Positions 35,528-38,333 of a stretch of DNA of 38,333 nucleotides are shown in pieces. A program made the position numbers and the translations under genes. The notes beneath the pieces were generated by a model. It was not told the origin of the DNA, did no database searches, and saw only the letters and a list, made by a program, of their open reading frames with translations. Each line of letters starts with the position of its first letter. Position 1 is the stretch's first letter. The stretch comes from Octopus bimaculoides (taxonomy: Eukaryota). The stretch covers positions 58,179,171 to 58,217,503 of the forward strand of contig NC_068983.1 of the NCBI RefSeq assembly GCF_001194135.2. Reading direction: 5' to 3'.

Positions 35528-35902
35528 TTTCTACTTGTTTCAGTCATCAGTCATCAGCCATGCTGGGGCAACACCTCAAAACATTTTAGCTGAACAAATA
35601 GACTCCAGAATGTATTTTACATTTTTAAGCCTGGCACTTATCCCATCAGTTTCTTTTGCTAAACTGCTAAGTTACATCAATATAAACATAACAACACCAG
35701 TTGTCAAGCAGTGGTTGGGGACAAACACAGACAAAGACACACACACACATAGATATATGTAGATATCCACCTAGAAAATCTACTCTCAAGTTCATGGTTG
35801 GCTCAAGGTTATACTAGAAGACACTTGCACAAGGAGCCCTGCAGTGTGACTGAACCCAGAACCATGTGGTTGGGAAGCAAACTTTTTAGCACACATCCAC
35901 AT
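35528..35902 (-). mobile_element. SINE family A (diverged)
   Basis: Reverse complement of tail and head. Confidence 0.82.
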
Positions 35903-35997
35903 CATTGTTTAATGATTCAGCATCCTCTCTATTAAAAACCATCCATATATATCTTTTTTTTTTATATTTAACTTCAGCCTCAGGACTCATAAATCCA

Positions 35998-36056
35998 CTT
36001 CTGTAAAACGTACCAACCCATGCCAGCATGGAAGGTGGACGTTAAATGATGATGAT
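35998..36056 (+). mobile_element. Very short RTE tail
   Basis: CCAACCCATGCCAGCATGGAAGGTGGACGTTAAATGATGATGAT. Confidence 0.75.
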
Positions 36057-36109
36057 AAATGACTAAAATCATAACTTTCCCTGAACAGGATTCTGGTCCA
36101 TTGCAGGGT

Positions 36110-36532
36110 TTAAGGTCAACAATTTTGGTGGGAGATGGCAAGTCAATTACATTGAGCTCAGTACTTGACTGGTACTTCATTTTATCAACCCCAAAGAGAT
36201 GAAAGGCATTGACTTGATTTGAACTTAGAATGTAATGAGTTAGAAGAAATGTGGTTAGGCATTTTTGTCCGACACACTAACAATTCTCCCATCTCCCTGC
36301 CTTATACATAAATTGGTTTCCACTTTTGGCACAAGGCCAGCAATTTAGGGAAGGGGTAAGTTGATTACATCAACACTCAGTACACAACCAACTGGTACTT
36401 ATTTCATCAACCTTGAAAGGATAAAAGGTAAAGTCAACCTTGGCAAAATTTGAACTCAGAATATAAAGATGGACAAAATACCACTAAGCATTTTGGCCAA
36501 TGTGCTAACAATTCTACCAGCTTGGTGCCTTA
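36110..36532 (-). mobile_element. Two head-to-tail SINE family B copies
   Basis: About 36110-36304 and 36311-36532, both carrying the GGTACTT...ATCAAC...GAAAGG motif. Confidence 0.78.
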
Positions 36533-36570
36533 ACGATTTTTCAAATATATCAAAAATCTCTATGAAGTTA

Positions 36571-36950
36571 GGTGCAGGAGTGGCTGTATGGTAAGAAGGT
36601 TGCTTCCTGACTATATGGTTCCGGATTCAGTCCTACTGCGTGGCACCTTGGTCAAGTGTCTTCTGCTATAGCCTCAGTCCGATCAAAGCCTTGTGAGTCA
36701 ATCTGGTAGAAGGAAAGAGTGTGTGTGTGTGTGTGTATTTGTGTCTGTGTTTGTCCCCCCTCCATCACTTGACAACTGATGTTGGTGTGTATACATCCCC
36801 GTAACTTAGAAGTTTGGCAAAAGAGACCGATAGAGAATTAGTACTAGGCTTACAAAGAATAAGTCCTGGGGTCGATTTGTTCGACTAAAGATGGTGCTCC
36901 AGCATGGCCACAGTCAAATGACTGAAAAATGTAAAAGAAAAAAAAAGAAT
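36571..36950 (+). mobile_element. SINE family A, full length
   Basis: Collinear with 34922-35350. Confidence 0.9.
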
Positions 36951-37384
36951 AAGTTAATCAGCTTTAATTCTCTTCGAAAGTGCATGGTTTCTCCTTTAAG
37001 CTTCTTGTTAGTCATAAGTTCTTTTATTCTAATAACACCATTCCTCAAACTGCTACTCTTTTGAGTCTTTATTTTCCTCTAGTCTATGATATTCAATCCT
37101 TTTAAGCTTTCAGTCAATTGACATCTTTTGATTTTACAGGTCCTTTCTTTTCTTTCTTTATCGACCCTTAAGCTATAATGGCTTCAAACCATGACTGAGA
37201 CAAAAATATATAAAAAAGAAAATATCTGACCAGGAAACAAAATTGACCCCTGAGGGTTCATCTCAGCAATATACTTCTACTTCACACCACCCATAACACT
37301 ACAAACAGAGCAAAATTTGTTATCACATGTATAATATAATTTTACCAAAGATACTTACTCGGAAGCTTTTAAGTTGATAACAAT

Positions 37385-37542
37385 GACCCCCGTGTTCAAC
37401 TGGTACTTATTTTATTGGCTCCAAAAGATTGAAAGGCAAAGTTGATGCTGGTGGGATTTGAACTCGGAACATAAAGATAGACGAAATAACACAAAGCATT
37501 TTGCCCAGTGTGCTAACTATTTCTACCAGCTCACTGCCTTAC
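37385..37542 (-). mobile_element. SINE family B
   Basis: TTCAACTGGTACTTATTTTATTGG...GAAAGGCAAAGTTGATG...GCCAGCT-like end. Confidence 0.78.
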
Positions 37543-37554
37543 CATATATATATA

Positions 37555-37783
37555 TTCTTTTATTTGTCGCAGTCATTTGACTGCGGCCATGCTGGAGCAC
37601 TGCCTTTAGTTGAACAAATCGACCTGATGACTTATTCTTTGTAAGCCTAGTACTTATTCTATCGGTGTGTTTTGGTGAACTGCTAAGTTACAGGGATGTA
37701 AACACAACATTCAACCATTAGTTGTCAAGTGATGGTAGGGGGACAAACACAGACACACACAAATAAACACACGCACATGCATA

Positions 37784-37831
<48 letters not shown>

Positions 37832-37996
37832 CACGATGGGCTTCTTTCAGTTTCCATTTACCAAATCCACTGACAAGGCTTTGGTCAGCCCGAGGCTATA
37901 GTAGAAGACACTTGCCTAAGTTGTCACACAGTGGGACTGAACCCGTAACCATGTGGATGAGAAGGAAATTTCTTACCACACAGCCACGTGGCACCT
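37555..37996 (-). mobile_element. SINE family A, full length
   Basis: Reverse complement of tail, microsatellite and head. Confidence 0.9.
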
Positions 37997-38298
37997 ATAT
38001 ATTAGGAGTTAATAAATAAATCTGTTACTGTGGTGATGTTATTGACAGCAATGATGCCGGTGATGTTTTTGATGGTGGGGATGGTGGTGTTGGTGTTGGA
38101 GGGACATTTCTTTACAATCCAAAGAAAATGAAAAAGTAAAGAAACAGATTCTGCTAATATATATATTCCTAACATTTTTTTTCTCCTATGACAACTTATA
38201 TTTTTTCTGTCAGACATATACCATTTTGAACCAAAAGCAAAAAATAAGGAAATATTATGAAATATAAATAATAAAATAAAAAAGTTACACATATACAG

Positions 38299-38333
<35 letters not shown>

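Overview
Eukaryotic, AT-rich, repeat-saturated scaffold with 13 N-gaps. The SINE and LINE families resemble those I recall from octopus genomes, so the taxon is an inference. I can support no intact protein-coding gene: most ORF-track entries are N-gaps or microsatellites, and the rest are transposon fossils. Contents: many copies of tRNA-derived SINEs (working labels A-D); RTE LINE fragments; a fossil R4/Dong-type restriction-endonuclease-like (REL) LINE split by an RTE insertion; Penelope RT and mariner transposase relics; several MITE/foldback elements; a tRNA-Gly-derived gene with a GTC anticodon; a 5S rRNA pseudogene; and long microsatellites. Best signals: a 5'-inverted RTE bounded by an 11-bp TSD, an in-frame REL/RTE nesting, a loop-less 160-bp palindrome, and a MITE carrying (CCCTAA)n. 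I found no convincing novel multi-gene system. Candidate exons are speculative, and SINE boundaries are approximate.
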